This document shows, in pieces, positions 62,061 through 64,000 of a stretch of DNA of 64,000 nt. The notes under the pieces were generated by a model. The model was not told the origin of the DNA, ran no database searches, and saw only the letters and a list, made by a program, of their open reading frames with translations. The DNA comes from Lama glama (taxonomy: Eukaryota). The translations under genes were made by a program, and so were the position numbers. Location: positions 6,450,001 through 6,514,000 of the forward strand of contig CM052817.1 of the NCBI GenBank assembly GCA_028534125.1. The letters run 5' to 3'. How positions within the stretch are numbered: the first letter of the stretch is position 1; each line of letters begins with the position of its first letter.

Positions 62061-63506
62061 ACGAGGAACTGGAAAATTCAACAGAGACTCGGAGGAGTGG
62101 GGTGTTAGAGCGAGGGGGAAGCCTGGAGTTCAAGGTTTGAGGCTCATTTGTTTCTAAGCGGTGCTGTGGGTCATGGCACTGGGTTAGCTCATCCCGGGAA
62201 AATTTCCCCTGAATCCTCGTGAGCCGCCTTTAACAGAGCTCAGTGCTTGTGATCTGGCCAGGCGGTGAGCACACAGGCTTCCTCCCTCTCCTGTCTTCCT
62301 CTAGCAAAGGCAGTGACAAGCTATTAGCAGTGTTCCCCTTCCAAACTGCCATTTCAAGTCGGGTTTTACCAAAGTCATTATCTCTTTAATTTGCTCCCCA
62401 GGGCGCTAGCTCACAAACAAGTAGCACCGGCAAGCGGGATAGAGCCATGCCTCTGTCTACCTTCCACTTTAAAATGTGTTTTTCTCCTCGAGGGCAATGG
62501 GCAAATTGCTGACAGATACTCCGCCTGGGATGATGCGTGCACATCAGATCCATCAAGGATTCCATTGAAGCTCCACGGGTGGGGTCGTTTACCCAGCAAA
62601 GCACAAAGATGGGTTTGGTTTCAACAGACCAAGTGTTCACATTCAGGTGTGAGCTGGCAGGCAGGCGATTAATGCTTTTACCCAGAGGCATTTGGGGTAT
62701 CAATAATGCACAGAACATAAGAGGCCACCAGAAATCCTCTGTGTTCCTTCCACTGAAAAGAGAAGAGCTGAGAGTTGATTTCCAAAGGGTGAGAGAAGCT
62801 TCTGGGGGCTCTGGATTAATTACATGTGATCTGTCTCCCTAATTACTGCAGGAAGTGGTATCCACTATTATTTAATTGGAGCTGTCGTTACTTAATTTAT
62901 TTTATATTCTGAAAAGCAATTAATGGAGCTAGGAGAGATATGCTTGAGCCGTTAAAAGCTGTCTCCAGGCTTCCCAGAATCCAGTCCTCTAGTTTTCAAG
63001 GCAGCATTTATACCCTGTCTCCTCCAGGATGGATGCCTGGGTTCTTGTAGCAGATGCTAACAGCTCCCTCTTCCCTGAGTTTCTGTAGACTTCTCCTTAG
63101 AACCATAGTGTCTCATCCAGAATTTTCAGCCTTTTGCATGCCCCCTCTTCTAGGGACTGCAGGATTCTCTGGATCCACAGTTTAACACCAAGAGTGTAGA
63201 TGTTTTCTACGTTGGAAAAATCTAAATTTTGTATTTCAAAGATTACCTCTGAATGCATCTTTCTTCTCTGACAGCTGTAGAAAACCCTCTATTATGGTTG
63301 GTATGATGTCCAAATTAACTCCTCTTTTGAGACTTAGCAAATCCAGAATTTTGGAAGGTCAGAAACTGGCAGAAATTGTGGAGGTTTGCTAGTTCGAGTC
63401 CCTCACTCTCCTGATGAGAAAAGAGAAACAAAGGATAGAAAGTGAAAATGGACCAGCCCGGAGTTTCTGAGCTTAGCAGCAGAGCCTGGATTCCAAAGTT
63501 TAGATT

Positions 63507-63670
63507 AGTGCCTCTCAAACTTTAATATGCATGTAGCTCTCAGAGGGATCTTGTTAAAAATTCGGATTCTGATCCAGTGGGTTCTGGCGAGGCCTGAGAT
63601 TCTGCATTTATAACAAGCTCCCAGGCGATACTGACACTGCAGGTCCCCAGACCACCCTGAATAGCAAAGA
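63507..63670. mobile_element. MER5-type hAT-Charlie MITE
   Basis: 'ctctcaaactttaatatgcat...gggatcttgttaaaa...ggattctgatccagtggg...ggcctgagattctgcatttataacaagctcccaggcgat'. Confidence 0.92.
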
Positions 63671-64000
63671 TTTACAAAAGCTCAACGTGTGTTTGAATAA
63701 CGCCTTCTACGGGGGCATCAACTGTGTCAGTTCATCTTCCGTGCTTCTCTCCAGAATCCCTTCTGCCATCTTTTGACACTAACACCCGCTTTTCACCAGG
63801 TCAGTCTCTCATTCCCCGCACATAACTGTCGGTCCAGGGCAGTGAGGTCTGTCTGATCCTTCCCCATGTCCAGCTCCTGGTACGGGCTCGTGGTCCAGGA
63901 ATGGGCTTGTGGACCTGTGATTAGGGCTTGTGATGAGGCGTGGACTTGGGACTCCGGAGTGAGCTTGTGCTTCAGGTGTGGGTTTGTGCTTCAAGCTTGG

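Noticed and set aside
62392..62412. CTCF-like 'ctccccagggcgcta'
   Set aside because: Core is shorter than the CCASYAGRKGGCR consensus; too weak to call

Overview
This is AT-rich mammalian non-coding DNA (intergenic or deep intron), not a prokaryotic accessory region. I find no supportable host protein-coding gene, RNA gene or CRISPR array. Much of the window is interspersed repeats: ancient MIR, L2 and CR1/L3; old L1M; MaLR, ERVL and ERV1 solo LTRs; hAT (MER5, MER20, a ~2.7 kb Cheshire/Charlie transposase fossil) and Tigger elements; and a few young L1 copies. The young L1 3'UTR style and the lack of any recognisable lineage SINE (Alu, B1/B2, Bov-tA/BovB, PRE1, SINEC, ERE) suggest a camelid, which is an inference. 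There is one 500-N assembly gap inside a young L1. The only recognisable ORFs are L1 ORF1/ORF2 fragments. I did not find a convincing new biological system. The best leads are: a pre-miRNA-like hairpin apparently built at an L1 5' junction (42772-42837); a 351-bp foldback element made of ~12 sub-repeats (15130-15480); the Cheshire transposase fossil; a deeply nested CR1 repeat stack; and several unique, motif-rich enhancer candidates. Repeat family names come from my recall of consensus sequences, not from a search. Boundaries are approximate unless a target-site duplication (TSD) is quoted.
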